From the NCBI GenBank assembly GCA_002269645.1, contig NIVC01003001.1:62346-126345 (forward strand): a stretch of 64,000 nt of DNA, in the 5' to 3' direction. Made by a program: the position numbers and the translations under genes. The notes beneath the pieces are model-generated. The model saw only the letters and a program-made list of their open reading frames with translations. It was not told the origin of the DNA and searched no databases. Source of the stretch: Macrostomum lignano. Its lineage: Eukaryota. Positions 1-21,686 of the stretch are shown one piece after another. Numbering within the stretch: the stretch's first letter is position 1; each line of letters opens with the position of its first letter.

Positions 1-57
1 AAATGTGGGAATTGAAAAATTAGCATTTTTGGAGTTGATACTCATATTGATACCCAC

Positions 58-338
58 CAGTGGCGGATCTAGAGTTTCATTTGGGGGGGGGGCGGTCCAA
101 GTTTGGGGAGCAAACACGAGTATAAGAGGCGCCAATTTTTAAGCTGGGGGGGGGAATGCGTGTAGGCCTACGGGGCAAAAAATCAAGCTTAGGGGGGGGG
201 GCAAAAAGGCATTTGGAGGCAAAAAATCAAGTTTAGGGGGCGCAAATTTAGGTTTTTTGGGGGCGCAATATGTTCTGTCAAGCTATTTTTGGGGGGGCCG
301 CCCCCTCCCCCCCCGCACACCCCCTAAATCCGCCCCTG
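58..338. mobile_element. hAT-like non-autonomous element (MITE)
   Basis: Terminal inverted repeats CAGTGGCGGATCTAG (58) and the reverse complement of CTAAATCCGCCCCTG (ends 338), 13/15 identical. Interior has G-runs and short repeats. No target-site duplication recovered. Confidence 0.55.
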
Positions 339-2099
339 TCAAGGACTACTCAAGTAAAATTAATATGCATGTATACTGTAATTGTATTTATAAGATCGCT
401 GTAAGATCAGACGCCGGTCCTCAGTTTTTGGGAATCGTAAAATATAATTATCTAGAAGAACTACAATGTAGTATATTTATATGCATGAAAAAAAGTATAA
501 AAAACAAACATAATTTTAATAAGTCTACTGCGGTTAAAAGTTATGGTAAATGTAATTAAAGTTTGTTAAAACTTAATTACGTTCTAAATTGAGCAATCTG
601 TATTATACATTTTAAAATTACAAAACATTTAAATTTACGACATTTAGCTAGATCGCAGTTGCAGTTGCGAGTGATTCGACATTGTAACTTAGTTAGATTA
701 TAACCAAAACCAAATAATACATATTCAGGTTCTAATAATGATAATAATGATATCATTATTAACATATATATAATAATAATGATAAACCTTTTTAAACAAA
801 CGTAATGCCCTAAACTTAGGCCTAATTTCAAATACATTTAGCATTCATTAGGCCTACGCACGTGGAGTGGTGCAAGCATGCAACGCAGTGCGACACTTGG
901 CGTAGCCGCATAGTGCTTGTAATTCATATCAAAAAGGCCATGCACAGAATGGCCTAAATGTCAAAATTTGGCTAAATTATTGGCGTGCTCTGTGTAGGCC
1001 TAGCTGTGTTGTTTTGTTGGTATTGCCACCACTACACTACAAGGCCCTAGCCTCCAACAAGACCTAGAACAAGGCACAATGCCAAAAGATCCTTTATTGT
1101 CCTTGATTGATGCAAGGCCTCCTGGCCCTGGGCCTTGGCACACACTTTGATGCAGTCTATGTATCTTGGAGAGTGATTCCTTATCACATTTTTGCAGGAC
1201 CCTTGTTCTTACTGGCTTAATGTCTACACATTTTCAAATTTATTCCATCCAATAGGCCTAGGTGTATATATTTGCTTCACTTTTTTTGGGTAATATTTTA
1301 AATTAAAACATTTTCATTTAAGTTCATTTTTCAATATTTTTCATTTTTGTTATGTATTGTCATTGATTGTCTATTAAATTAGGCCTTATGTCATGATCAT
1401 ATATAGACCTACCTAAAAGCATCATTGAAATTGTAGGCCTAATATTAATAATAATATAGGGCCTAGGCCTAATTATAAAATAGCTAAAATAGATATTATA
1501 CCACACTTATAAAAATGGCAGCTGTTTCTAGGCTAGGCCGCCTTGTCTAGATAATATTAGAGTTAGGCCTATAAACATAATAGCTATGTTCAACTCCAAA
1601 GAATATAGAATGTATCTCATATTGGAGATGATAGCCATATCAACAAAGTCTATAAGCCTATCTTATTTAAAATAGTTAATCTTATTTTCAAGACTTAAAT
1701 ATATTAAAAAGAGTAAAGACTAGAGATAGAACAAATATTAGATTTTACCAAATCTAAATACTGAATACATATATGCGCAACCTCCAAAATTTGGTCGGCT
1801 GTGCTACTTAGTTTTAGCAAAAATGTAATGTAGTTGTTGGCCAAAAATGAGACTTATATATAAAAAATGCAATTAATGCAATTTTGGGTAACACAGCAGG
1901 ACCAGGAGTAATTATAACTGTCTTATAAAGCCAAAATGCCTCATCAGCTACTTAGTACTACTACTTGGGTTTTTTTCGGGTGGGCATTTTTGCGACTTCC
2001 ATGGTTGGCTACCAAATCGGTCAGCCGGATTGGCCGACTATTGCGCATGTATGACTGAATATTTGGATATAAACTTGCCAAATAATGAATACCAAATAC

Positions 2100-2205
2100 C
2101 ATTTTACTCTTGACAGTACCTCACTATAACTATTACACTGCCTTAAACTTATCCTCAGACACTGTGAAGTACTACCATAGAGCAGATCTGGCTTTCTTTA
2201 TAATA
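2100..2205 (-). pseudogene. Degenerate BED zinc-finger fragment (hAT transposase relic)
   Basis: Minus strand reads KKARSALW*YFTVSEDKFKA, then after a frame change CNSYSEVLSR. This resembles the BED-finger W..F...C..C pattern but carries a stop and a frameshift. Confidence 0.4.
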
Positions 2206-3022
2206 GCCACAAGCCATTCAAGTTAGAATTCTTATACCCTTCTAGAATATTCTTGTAGAAAAATGTAATAATTGTTTTTTATCTAAACTGTTATATATAC
2301 TCGTGCATATATGTCTTCCATTTGAATGCATCCTACTGACAGGAACATTTCATTATCAGCCAATAAGAAATTAACTCTGATTGGATTGGTTGGTACACAA
2401 AGCAGTCTAATGCAGAACTTTTGCACTTCTTTCTTGCACCTATTCAACTAAGTGCTAAACTTAATAGGCTAAATTTTAACTATAGTCTCTTAGCATCAAT
2501 GTGCATTGGCACAAAATAGTCTTGTGCTAATAGTCTTATAAGAATAACTTGCATGTTGGAAGAAGACTGCGCCTATACAGTTTGCCTAATTACATGTATT
2601 CTTGCACACACATTATTCATACCTGTATAAAATCTGCTAAGCTTTGAGAATACTGGCTTGAATAAATCTTTCCCACATTTCATGATTTGCTAAAACTGCA
2701 AAAATACATTTTCTTTTGGACTATAGGCTATAGCCTTTGACACAATAATGATGCAATAGCAAAGGCTATCAAATCAGATAAATCTTGCTAGCCAAGCAGA
2801 TAGGCATGAAAGTGGGGGTAGGGAAGCAAGTAGACATGAAAGTTAAGGTACCATAATGCATTGCATGTAGACAACAAAGCAAGTGTTATCATATCTAAGC
2901 TTTGAACTATAATAAAAATACTGCTTCCTATATAAATTTGCTCATTTAAAATATTTCATTTGCTCTTGTTTTATTCTTGTATTTGTTAAAAATTTGAAAC
3001 AAATCCAAGAACAAAACAAATA

Positions 3023-3811
3023 GGGCCATTCCATATAATTATGGTCGTAACATGACAGACTATTTTTACTTATAAAATGAAATCTAATAATAGAATATAC
3101 TAAACCAATATTTTGAATGAAAGATTATTTTGTCAAGAATATATTTATAAAGTTTCATATAGATATCATCATTAGTATAGATGCTATTAACCCTTGAATG
3201 GCACTTATGGTCGTAACAACAGGATTTTTGACATATAGAAACTAAAAGGTAAAAGTCTTATAACATTTTTCATTTTTGATATTTTGCAATAATTTTTTTT
3301 AAATTTGACTAAGAACATCTTTAGAAGTCATACTCTTTTATTAGAAAATATAAACTCAAAAAGGCAAAAAAGATACAAAAGAAAAGGCAGCCTTATGGTC
3401 GTAACATTATGGTCGTAACATATTTTTTTCTGTCAATTCAGTAACTTTGAAGTACTAATGTATTAAAAATATAATAGATTATATGGTTGCTAATGTTTTT
3501 ATCTGATGATGCAAGTACTATAATTTTATAAATAGTTTGTTTTAACCTTCTAAAGCTTTCTATTTGTTTTTAAAAGGTACATAAACTTAATGATGTCTTT
3601 TGCTTAGAAAATGTCCAATTTTTTTACAAAAATAACTTTTTGCCAATTGATAACATACTAATCCAACATTTTATCATTTATTTTTTCTTAGATTGTATAC
3701 ATTACATACAAAAAAGATTTGGTAAAAAAAATTGGCTGATAAGGCAATGACAAGCAAAAAGATTGACTTTTTTCTATTTTCTAAATATGTCCATCTTATA
3801 TGAAATGGGCC
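3023..3811. mobile_element. Non-autonomous DNA transposon with 16-bp TIRs
   Basis: Left end GGGCCATTCCATATAA versus reverse complement of right end GGCCCATTTCATATAA (14/16). AATA flanks both ends. Four internal copies of TTATGGTCGTAACA at 3039, 3205, 3393 and 3407. Confidence 0.55.
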
Positions 3812-5630
3812 AATAACAAAAAATAACCTACTTTCCAAATACTGAATACAAATACCAAATATTTGCTACATCTCTAGTAGAGACTGGGGCAATATTTTTG
3901 GCCTTTTACTCTAACAATATTGGTATATATACAAATAGCTAAGTTTCCTTAACCTTTTAAAAATTTGGTAAATTAAATTGTATTTATTCTCATTTAAAAT
4001 TGTTATTCTTTGACTTTGCCTTATTTTTTTCTACTAAGTTGTATAGCTTTCTTTTTTAATACTAAATTAAAGTTTTTTAGTTTCTTTTTTTATTTAATTT
4101 TGATTTTTTAATTTATTGAAATGTATAATGACCTTTGCTGCTTCTGCCTCCTGCCTTCTACTAAGCTGCTAACGCTGATTGTTAATGTAAGTGTTCTAAT
4201 TTTTTATCTTGAAATAAAAATTATTTTTCTATTTTCAGCTTTTCCCCTTAAAAAGTCATCTTTTTTGCAAGAAAACTTCAATAAATAATTGCTATTAAAA
4301 AAAAAAGTGATAACTTAATCAAAACAAATTTATATTTTGCACATCATAATATAAAACTGGCTTGGAAGAAACAAATTAAATCAAAAGGTTAAACCATAGC
4401 TCAGATATTTTTTGCCTTAGCCACTTGCTTTTTGTTTATTAAAAGTTATACTAAGTGCAACTTGGTAATTCTAAAGTGGTTATTTCACAGCTATTGCATA
4501 AACATCAATTAATTGTTTTTGGAAGTGCCCTGAAGTTTCATCTGGTTCATATAGATTCTAGATTCCCCTCAATTTTTTGCAAGTCCTAATAAAATGTACA
4601 TAAAAAGCAAAAATATTGCACATGCTCTCAGAAATGGCTCAAGGTATATTAAGAGCTAATGGATAAATCAGTAGTAAAATGCTTTTGTAGTTCTAAATTT
4701 TCATATCTTGGACTGCACAAGAATGTCAATGTAAGTATATCTTTTTATAATTATTGAAACTTTATTACAGTATTGATTAATAATGTTTTTATTTTGTAAA
4801 AGAAACATGTCTAAATAGTGCACTTTATCTTGATGTTTGTTTTGTACAAAGATTATTTTTTGAGTTACTAAAAGCTCAAAATTTGACTAGCTTAGCTTAA
4901 TTTTGCTGTCACAACAGTTTCAACTATTGTACTTAAGACTATACTAGGCATTTATTAAGTTTTAAGTTCAAGTATTTATCCAAATTTTTTTCTAGATTGT
5001 TAGCTCTGAAGTTTATGGTGTAGGATTTCTTTAATAGTTGTAATCTCAAGGCATGAGATTTATGACTCATTAATGACTTATGGCATTAAACAATAATTGC
5101 TTGATCCAATTATGTAAATGCAGTACATTAAATTATAAAACCTTAAGTTTAATCGATTTTTTAAGTGTAGACTAGTTAGTTGGTTAATTATATATCATAT
5201 GTAGAATTTTAACAAAAGGAGTAAAAAGTTATTTATTACTAGAATTAGTGCCTAGAAATTGTTAAATCAAAATTTTTGTTCAAAATGCATGTGCTACATT
5301 TTAGGCTTTTAGGCGTTTTTCTATTATAACTTCAGTTTTAGTTTTGTTAACATTGTTTTCTGTTTCATGCTGCGAGTCGAAATAGTTTTTTGAATTAACA
5401 ATTTTAGCTTTTAAACTAACAGCATGTTACTAGTAATAATTTTTTGACAACTAAGTTTTGATAAAAAAAGCAAAATTAAAAGCAAAATACTTTTTAACTC
5501 CAATCAGTTATATTTATAAACATTAAAGCCTCCTATTCCCTGGCCAGAATCAATAATTCTCCCAGCCGGCTTGGCGGCTCCCCACTGCATCATTGCAGAT
5601 CTGCAATCCACTGCCTCCGCGCTGCTTCTC

Positions 5631-8600
5631 ATGGCCGACTCAGACGACGACTACGATCGGCGCAAGGCCCGCGACAAGTTCAAACAGGAGCGACGCGACT
5701 TCGACAGCGGCAGCAGCCGGTCCAGGCAGCAGTCCGATCGCTCCTCGCCTTCTGGCGGCGGCTACGGCGGAGGTCCCCGCCGTCAGAACTACCACCACTC
5801 GTCGCGTCAGGACTACTATTATCACGATAGGGGCGGCGGCTACGAAGGCGGCGGCGGCGGCCCGCCGTTCAAGCGACAGCGCCGAGACGACGGCCCTCCT
5901 GGTCCACCGCCGCATGGCGGCGACGACGGCTGGGGCGCCGGCGGTGGTCGCGGGCCGCACGGTCGCTACAATTATCCGCGTGACTCGCAGCCGCCTCCGC
6001 CGCCCTTGATGCCGCCGCACGGAGCCGGTGGCATGGGACCGCCTCCGCATCAGCAGCAACAGCCGCCAATGATGCAGCCGCTCATGCAGCATCCGCACGG
6101 TCCGGCTGGCGCTTCTAGCTCTTCGAATGCCAATGTGTTGAAGACGTTTAAACAGTTTCTACTTGAGCAGGATGATGGCATCACTGAGCAGGAGGCCCTA
6201 AATAGGTTTGTAATGGTTTACTTGTCTTGTCAGCAAGGCTGTTATACTATATTTAAAGGCTGATCCTGTCTGTCAACTAGGCTGTAATCTTGTCTGTCCT
6301 CTAGGCTGTAATCCTGTCTGTCAACTAGGTTGTAATCTTGTCTGTCCATGTCTGTCATCGAGGCTGTAATCTTGTCTGTCAACTAGGCTGTAATCTTGTC
6401 TGTCAACTAGGTTGTAATCTTGTCTGTCCATGTCTGTCATCTAGGCTGTAATCTTGTCTGTCAACTAGGCTGTAATCTTGTCTGTCCTCTAGGCTGTAAT
6501 CCTGTCTGTCAACTAGGTTGTAATCTTGTCTGTCCATGTCTGTCATCTAGGCTGTAATCTTGTCTGTCAACTAGGCTGTAATCTTGTCTGTCAACTAGGC
6601 TGTAATCTTGTCTGTCAACTAGGCTTTAATCTTGTCTGTCAACTTGGCTGTAATCCTGTACCCCGTACAGACTGATCCTCTGTCTACTATAAACTATCAT
6701 GCCGAATAGTAACTAATAGAATAAAGCCACCGCCTGCCAGGTACCGAGCCTACAAAGAAGAATTCGTTCGTCGTCAACTGGCGGAATTCTTTGACGCTCA
6801 CAAATCCGAGGAATGGTTCAAGGAGAAATACCACCCGGACTTCTACGAGGAGAATATTCGCCGCTGCCAGGAAAATGTTAACAAACGTCTGCGTGCATTC
6901 AACGAGCTGCAGTCTATGGGCCTGTTGGATGACCGCGTGGTGCACATCGACCAGGCCAAGGAGCTGGTGAAGTTCATGGACTCGCTAGTCATCCTGCTGG
7001 AGGGTGGCTGCGCCGAAGACTTCGAAATACTTGACGCGCCGCCGGACAACGCCGCCGACGATGGCGACGGAGACGACGCGGAAGAGGGCGAAGCTGAGAG
7101 GCCGCCAATCAAGGCTAAACCCGCCGCCTCTTCTGCTTCTGGTGCTGCGGCCGCTAAAGCAGCAGCAGCAGCAGTCCCTGATTCTGGCAAAGCGGAGGAC
7201 GAAGCGGGCGGCAAGTTGTCTAAGAAAAAATCGCGTCACAAGTCCGCCGGCAGCAGCTCCAGCTCCAGCTCTTCGTCCAGCTCCTCGTCTGACTCATCAT
7301 CTTCATCTTCGTCTGACAATTCCGACCATTCGGATGCCGAGAATGGCGGTAAGTCGCTTTGATCCCAAAATCTGGAAGCTGAGTCGTTTTTCCCTGATCC
7401 CCAAATCTAAAAGTTGAGTCGTTTTTCCCTAATCCCCAAATCTAAAAGTTGAGTCGCTTTTCCCTGATCCCCAAATCTGAAACTTGAGTCGCTTTTCCCT
7501 GATCCCCAAATCTGAAGTTAAGTCGCTTTTCCCTGTTCCCCAGATCTGAAAGTTGAATCGCTTTTCCCTGATCCCAAAATTTGAAATTTGATTTGGTTTA
7601 ACTTCATCCCAAAATTCGGAATTTGAGTTGGTTTACTTTCATCCCAAATTGGGAAGTTGAGTTACTTTACCTTCATCCCAAAATTGGGAAGTTTAGTCAC
7701 TTACCTTGATCCCAAAATTGGGAAGTTGAGTCGCTTAACCTTGATTCCAAAATTGGGAAGTTGAGTCGCTTAACCTTGATCCCAAAATTGGGAAGTTCGA
7801 GTCACGTCATTGATTCTCAATTTGGGATTTTGATTAGCCTGTCTCAGATTTCAAGCAGAACTGAGATGCCTACTATCAGTACGATGCATTCCAGATTAGT
7901 CTAATAAGTCTGTCACTAACAGAACACCCAAAACATGCCAATTACCCACAGAACGCAAGGCGAAGTCCACCAAGAACAAGTCCAAAGATCGGGGCAAAGC
8001 TGAAGAAGCCACAGCAGCTGCTGGCGATCTGCCAGTTAGCGGCTACTCTGCTGCGGCTTCAGCTGATGACGCCCCAGCTGACACGGCTGCCGCTGCTGCA
8101 CCAGACAGCGGCAAGCCCGACGCTGCCGGCGATGAGGCTGCAAAGACAGAGGCCTCATCTGCTAAGCTGGAGTCGCCTGCAGAACAGCCAAAGGCGGAGG
8201 AATCGCAGTCCACTGAGCCGAAGCAGCCAAAAATTGACAGCTCAAAGGCGCAAGACGAGGAGCAGGATGAGCAGGGAGAGCTGAGACTGCCTAGGCGGCC
8301 TCGGCCACTGCATAAAACTCAGTCGATATTTCTGCGCAATCTGCACCCCAGCATCACCCGCAAAGAAGTTGAAGCTCTGTGCAAAGCCTATCCAGGCTTT
8401 GTGCGCCTGGCACTGCAGGATCCTCTGGCTGAACGAAAATTCTTCCGGCGCGGTTGGATTACGTTCAAGCACGATGTTAATATCAAGGAGATCTGCTGGA
8501 ATTTGAATAATATTCGGTAGGTTTTATTTACTATTTACAGTTAAATACTGTTGGGTCTGTCAAGCCCTATGAGAACGACTCAAACGACTAATGCATGCGA

Positions 8601-11240
8601 CGGAGAGTCATGTTGAGTAACGAGCGCATCACTTAGTGTACATGCCTAACGATAAAATAAAGTTAGGGTTGCTGTACACTCCTGTGTGAGTGTGTGCCTG
8701 CGTACGTATCCGCGCGCTTGTATGCCTGCTCAGGGGCGTCGGCGGAATGGGCAGTAATGCCTCTCGCCGGTTGTGTGCCTATGTCGCTTAAAGTGCGCCA
8801 GGGTGCACACAACCCCCTGCCTCTAATAAAAAAGATAATAAAAAACGGCTGGGTGAATCACAGTTTGCGCAGGTATGCTGGGGCGACGCAAGTGACTCTG
8901 GGACGCCTCTGGCCTGGGTTTTTATGAAACTTTAGGGGATGTGATGTGAGCTTTGGCCATAGACAGCTGCGCGTTTTTTCATGCTTAGTGTGGTTGAGAG
9001 CGAGGCGATGATACGAGCATGCTTTCTTTTGATTAATCCCATCAATAACATCACCCTTCAATACGCCACCAGCCTGAAAGAGTGCGACCTGGGCGCTATT
9101 GTAAATCGCGAGCTGTCTATGCGGGTCAGACCAATCATGACCGTGGCCAATCATCGCACAGTGATGCGCCAGGATATTCGATTGGCTGCTAAAATTGTAC
9201 AGCAGCTCGACGCTAAGCAGGGCCTGCATACGGTGGCAAACGGATCTGAGTCAGCTAAGCCGGCCGCTGCGCCGCAACTGCCAACTGATTTGGTCACCTC
9301 AACGGCTGGAGCCAACTGTCCTGTGGTGGGCGCCGCCGCTAGCAGCAATCCTTTGTTGAAAAACTTGGCCGAGTTTATCGTCGATGAGGGCAGCTACGAG
9401 GAGGAGGCTCTGTTAGGTTGGTTATTTAAATTTTTATTTTGCCTGTGCGATCATGCAGCCACTTGTGCGTCACCTGTGCTATCATGCAGCCATCTCTGTG
9501 TGTGTCACCTGTGCTATCATGCAGCCATCTCTGTGTGTGTCACCTGTGCTATCATGCAGCCATCTCTGTGTGTGTCACCTGTGCTATCATGCAGCCAGTT
9601 CTCACACGCCAGCTCCCCTCTTGACCATACAACAGGCGGCGTGTCTCTCGAGTCGCAGTCTGGCGGCGACGCCGAAGTAAAAATCGAGATCGAGCCGTCC
9701 CTGCAAGGCAAGCTAGACCGCCTCATTCTCTACCTGCGTGCCGTGCACAGCGTTGATTTCTATTCGGCCACCGAGTACCCGAGCGAGGACGACATGCCGC
9801 ACAGATGCGGAATCATGCACGCCCGCGGCGCTGTCACCATGCCTGACAAGCCAATTTTACAGCGCGAAGTTGACAATTACATGCGCGAATTCGAGTCTAA
9901 AGTGCAATCACTGACGCAGTTTGTTAATCCTATCGCCTCCGAGGACGCCAAGAAGTTAGGATTGCGCGATGAAGAATCTGCCGTTGAAAAATTCATCCAG
10001 GACAATACCAAGGAGCTCGGCCAGGACAAGGTAATGGAGATTCTGTGCGGTTGTTGATCCCATCAGGTTCGATAGTGAGGCTGCTAATCCCATCGGGTTC
10101 GATAGTGAGGCTGCTAATCCCATCTGGTTCGATAGTGAGGCTGCTAATCCCATCGGGTTCGATAGTGAGGCTGCTAATCCCATCGGGTTCGATAGTGAGG
10201 CTGCTAATCCCATCTGGTTCGATAGTGAGGCTGCTAATCCCATTTGGTTCAATAGTGAGGCTGCTAATCCCATCAGGTTCGATAGTGAGGCTGCTAATCC
10301 CATTGGGTTCGATAGTGAGGCTGCTAATCCCATCAGGTTCGATAGTGAGGCTGCTAATCCTATCGGGTTCGATAGTGAGGCTGCTAATCCCATCTGGTTC
10401 GATAGTGAGGCTGCTAATCCCATCGGGTTCGATAGTGAGGCTGCTAATCCCATCTGGTTCGATAGTGAGGCTGCTAATCCCATCGGGTTCGATAGTGAGG
10501 CTGCTAATCCCATCGGGTTCGATAGTGAGGCTGCTAATCCCATCAGGTTCGATTGTGAGGCTGCTAATCCCATCAGGGCTGTTACTGCTCTTGCTAATCT
10601 GGTCCTTATGTGTACAGTTTAGTTGCTAGTCCGTCAATATAATTACTAACTGTAATTTGTACCGCTGTGCAATGTCTCATTTCAGTGGCTGTGCCCGCTA
10701 TCCGGCAAGAAGTTCAAAGGCCCTGAGTTCATCAAGAAGCACATCTTCAACAAGCACCAATCGGCCGTTGACGATGTCCGCAAAGATGTGCAGTACTTCA
10801 ACAACTACATCAGGGACCCGAAGCGGCCTCACGTAGCCGATCCGGCTCATCACAGCCAGCAGCAGCAACAGCAGCAGCAACAGCACTACATGATGCAGCA
10901 GCAGCAGCAGCAGCAGCAGATGGGCGGTCGAATGCAAGGAGGCGGCCCTGGCGGCGGCTTTCCACGCGGCGGTCGCGACTTCGACTACGGCGGCGGCGGC
11001 GGCGGCTACGGAGGACCCCGCTATGACCAGGGCGGTCGGAGGCCTCCGCCCGAATTTTACGGAGGCGGCGGCGGCGGCTATCCGCAGCAGCGCGAGTTTG
11101 GCGGCGGTCGCGGCGGCTACTTCAACGATCGATTCGGTGGTGGCGGCCCACGCGGCGGCTTCCGCGGCGGCCGGCCGATGGCCCCCACTGGCCGCAAGCT
11201 CATTAACTACCAGGATCTGGACGCGCCGGAGGATTTTTGA
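5631..11240 (+). CDS. SRRT: Serrate RNA effector molecule homolog (Ars2)
   Basis: Phase-consistent exons 5631-6205, 6741-7348, 7952-8516, 9073-9416, 9636-10030, 10686-11240, all GT-AG. Motifs match SRRT: [85 protein letters not shown], the zinc finger [24 protein letters not shown], and the C-terminal [13 protein letters not shown]. Confidence 0.96.
6265..6660. repeat. ~24-bp minisatellite in SRRT intron 1
   Basis: Tandem copies of CTGTCAACTAGGCTGTAATCTTGT with variants. Confidence 0.9.
7358..7800. repeat. ~35-bp minisatellite in SRRT intron 2
   Basis: Tandem GATCCCCAAATCTAAAAGTTGAGTCGTTTTTCCCT, degrading toward the right; begins about 10 nt after the donor. Confidence 0.85.
9445..9597. repeat. 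35-bp minisatellite in SRRT intron 4
   Basis: About 4 copies of TCACCTGTGCTATCATGCAGCCATCTCTGTGTGTG. Confidence 0.9.
10055..10577. repeat. 30-bp minisatellite in SRRT intron 5
   Basis: About 17 copies of ATCCCATCGGGTTCGATAGTGAGGCTGCTA. Confidence 0.95.
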
Positions 11241-11804
11241 AATCGCCAGCTCAATGCGGTTTGTGTGTTAGTTTCATTGTTTATTAATAATAATTAATTA
11301 CAGTCGAACTCGATTTGCATCAAACTACACGTTGTTTATTTTTTCCCGCCTGGGGGTTTTTACTACGCCGCGAAGTTTTGACTACTATGACCCGAGCCCA
11401 ACCCTGTTGTCATTGCTCATTTGCTTTCCCATATAATTATTATATTAGTCTCTGAAGTCGCCTGTGTAGTAGTTGTGCGGCCTGGCAATGCTGATTTGAA
11501 GCAATTCGTGACCGAAAATCTTGTTAGTCTGTTTGGCTCTCGGTCTCCGTGTTTGAATTTCTCTTTCTCGCGTTTTAATTATAGTTAATAACTAATAATT
11601 CAATATATAAAATGAAAATATATTTACCACCTTGTTGCTGCAAACAAACCGGAGCGAACAGGTGATTAAAACAAAAATGAAGCAACAATTTAAACAGAAC
11701 AATCCAAAGTTCGAATTGCAATCGGTGAAAAATCTGTTGTGCTGTTTTCTCGATATTTTTTCAGATTTTCTGATACTTTTGTTTGTATTTATTCATAGTA
11801 AATA

Positions 11805-12414
11805 TACCTTTTAACAATTTTTTGGACATAAGTGAAGTTAATTTAGTCATTAGCCAGCTCAGTCCTAGAAAAGTGAGTTTGATTTAGTCAGCACTCGGGG
11901 TTTACCATAGACTATGGTAAAGAAATGAAATCGATTTAGTCAAGTGCCACGTATTTAAACCATGGAGGAAAGAATAGAATGGAGTGCTAATCTGAGCATA
12001 GTTCGAGCTCGCATCAAAATAGCTTTCAGCCAATAGGAAAGAACGGGGGGGGGAGATAAAAATAACTGGCTCAGATTAGCACTCCATTCTATTCTTTCCT
12101 CCATGATTTAAACCCTTCCATGACTTGATTTTAGTCAAAGTGAATTTTATTTAGTCATCATGTCTGTGTTCGTTTGCGTTCTTGTTTCACTACTTGTATC
12201 TTCTTAAAGCTATAACGAATAAATAAAATTCACTTTGACTTACGAAAAGTTACGAAAGACGGATTTAGAGGAACTTGACTAAATCGATTTCATTTCTTAA
12301 CTATAGTCTATGGTAAGCCCCGACTGCTGACTAAATCAAACTCACTTTTCTAGGACTGAGCTGGCTAATGACTAAATTAACTTCACTTATGTCCAAAAAA
12401 ATTGTTAAAAGGTA
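11805..12414. mobile_element. MITE with ~140-bp TIRs, TA flanks and two internal hairpins
   Basis: 11805-11945 is the near-perfect reverse complement of 12273-12414, and TA lies on both sides. Internal inverted repeats at ~11955-11998/12069-12112 and ~12131-12150/12221-12240. Confidence 0.85.
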
Positions 12415-12807
12415 TAATAGCTCGCAAAAAGAAGTAACGATTGGCTACTTAATTTGTGCTACTTTTAGTAGTACTTATACCGGTATTTAAACAAGCAGTT
12501 GCTAGCACAGCACGTTGTAACTAGTATAAATGTATTTAGTTATAAAGCTTGGGTAATATAATTTGTATGTAAATCATGTTAACAGCAACCTGCTTTGTGG
12601 CTTAACTAGCGTGTGCGTACATGTAAGCCGCAGGTGTGACGCTTTGAAGGCAATGGGTGAAAAATAGAATTTTCATATCGGGTTGAAGCAGCTGCTGCAA
12701 GTACCATGGTAAGCGTGCATATTGTTGATTGGGCAGCAGTTGGGCTTGTCATCGGCTACTGCTCAGCCGCCTCTCGTAATTGCAAAATGGTAGTAGATAA
12801 CGCGTGT

Positions 12808-13238
12808 CCAACAGGTGGTTTCCAACAGTCACTTTTGTAACCTGTCTAATTAACAAGTGGTTTCCTGCAGTCACTTTAGTAGCCTGTCTAATTAACAGGT
12901 GGTTTTCAGCAGTCACTTTAGTAGCCTGTGTAATTAACAAGTGGTTTCCTGCAGTCACTTTAGTAACCTGTCTAATTAACAGGTGGTTTCCTCCAGTCAC
13001 TATAGTAGCCTGTGTAATTAACAGGTGGTTTTCAGCAGTCACTTTAGTAGCCTGTCTAATTAACAGGTGGTTTTCAGCAGTCACTTTAGTAGCCTGTCTA
13101 ATTAACAGGTGGTTTTCAGCAGTCACTTTAGTAGCCTGTCTAATTAACAGGTGGTTTTACAGTCACTTTAGTAGCCTGTCTAATTAACAGGTGGTTTTAC
13201 AGTCACTTTAGTAGCCTGTCTAATTAACAGGTGGTTTC
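12808..13238. repeat. 39-bp minisatellite
   Basis: About 11 copies of AACAGGTGGTTTTCAGCAGTCACTTTAGTAGCCTGTCTAATT-type units. Confidence 0.9.
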
Positions 13239-13314
13239 AAACAGATATCCCAAGATACTTAGCTCGGACATACTATTCCCCAGTCCTGACCTGCATGTCA
13301 CTAATTCACAGTTC

Positions 13315-13599
13315 TAAGCTGGCACTAATTCCCCAGTCTTGGGCTGGCACTAATTCCCCAGCCTTGAGCTGTCAATAATTCCCCAGTCTTGGGCTGGCAC
13401 TAATTCCCCAGCCTTGAGCTGGCACTAATTCCCCAGTCTTGGGCTGGCACTAATTCCCCAGTCTTGGGCTGGCACTAATTCCCCAGCCTTAAGCTGGCAC
13501 TAATTCCCCAGTCTTGGGCTGGCACTAATTCCCCAGTCTTGGGCTGGCACTAATTCCCCAGCCTTGAGCTGGCACTAATTCCGAAGCCTTGAGCTGGCA

Positions 13600-13612
<13 letters not shown>
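13315..13612. repeat. 25-bp minisatellite overlapping the stop codon of the minus-strand orphan gene
   Basis: Tandem GCACTAATTCCCCAGTCTTGGGCTG. The predicted TAG stop at 13602-13600 lies in the outermost unit. Confidence 0.9.

Positions 13613-21686
<8,074 letters not shown>

Noticed and set aside
9956-10629. ORFs ([10 protein letters not shown])n and ([10 protein letters not shown])n
   Set aside because: 30-bp repeat inside SRRT intron 5; the flanking exons join as ELGQDK|WLCPLSGKK.
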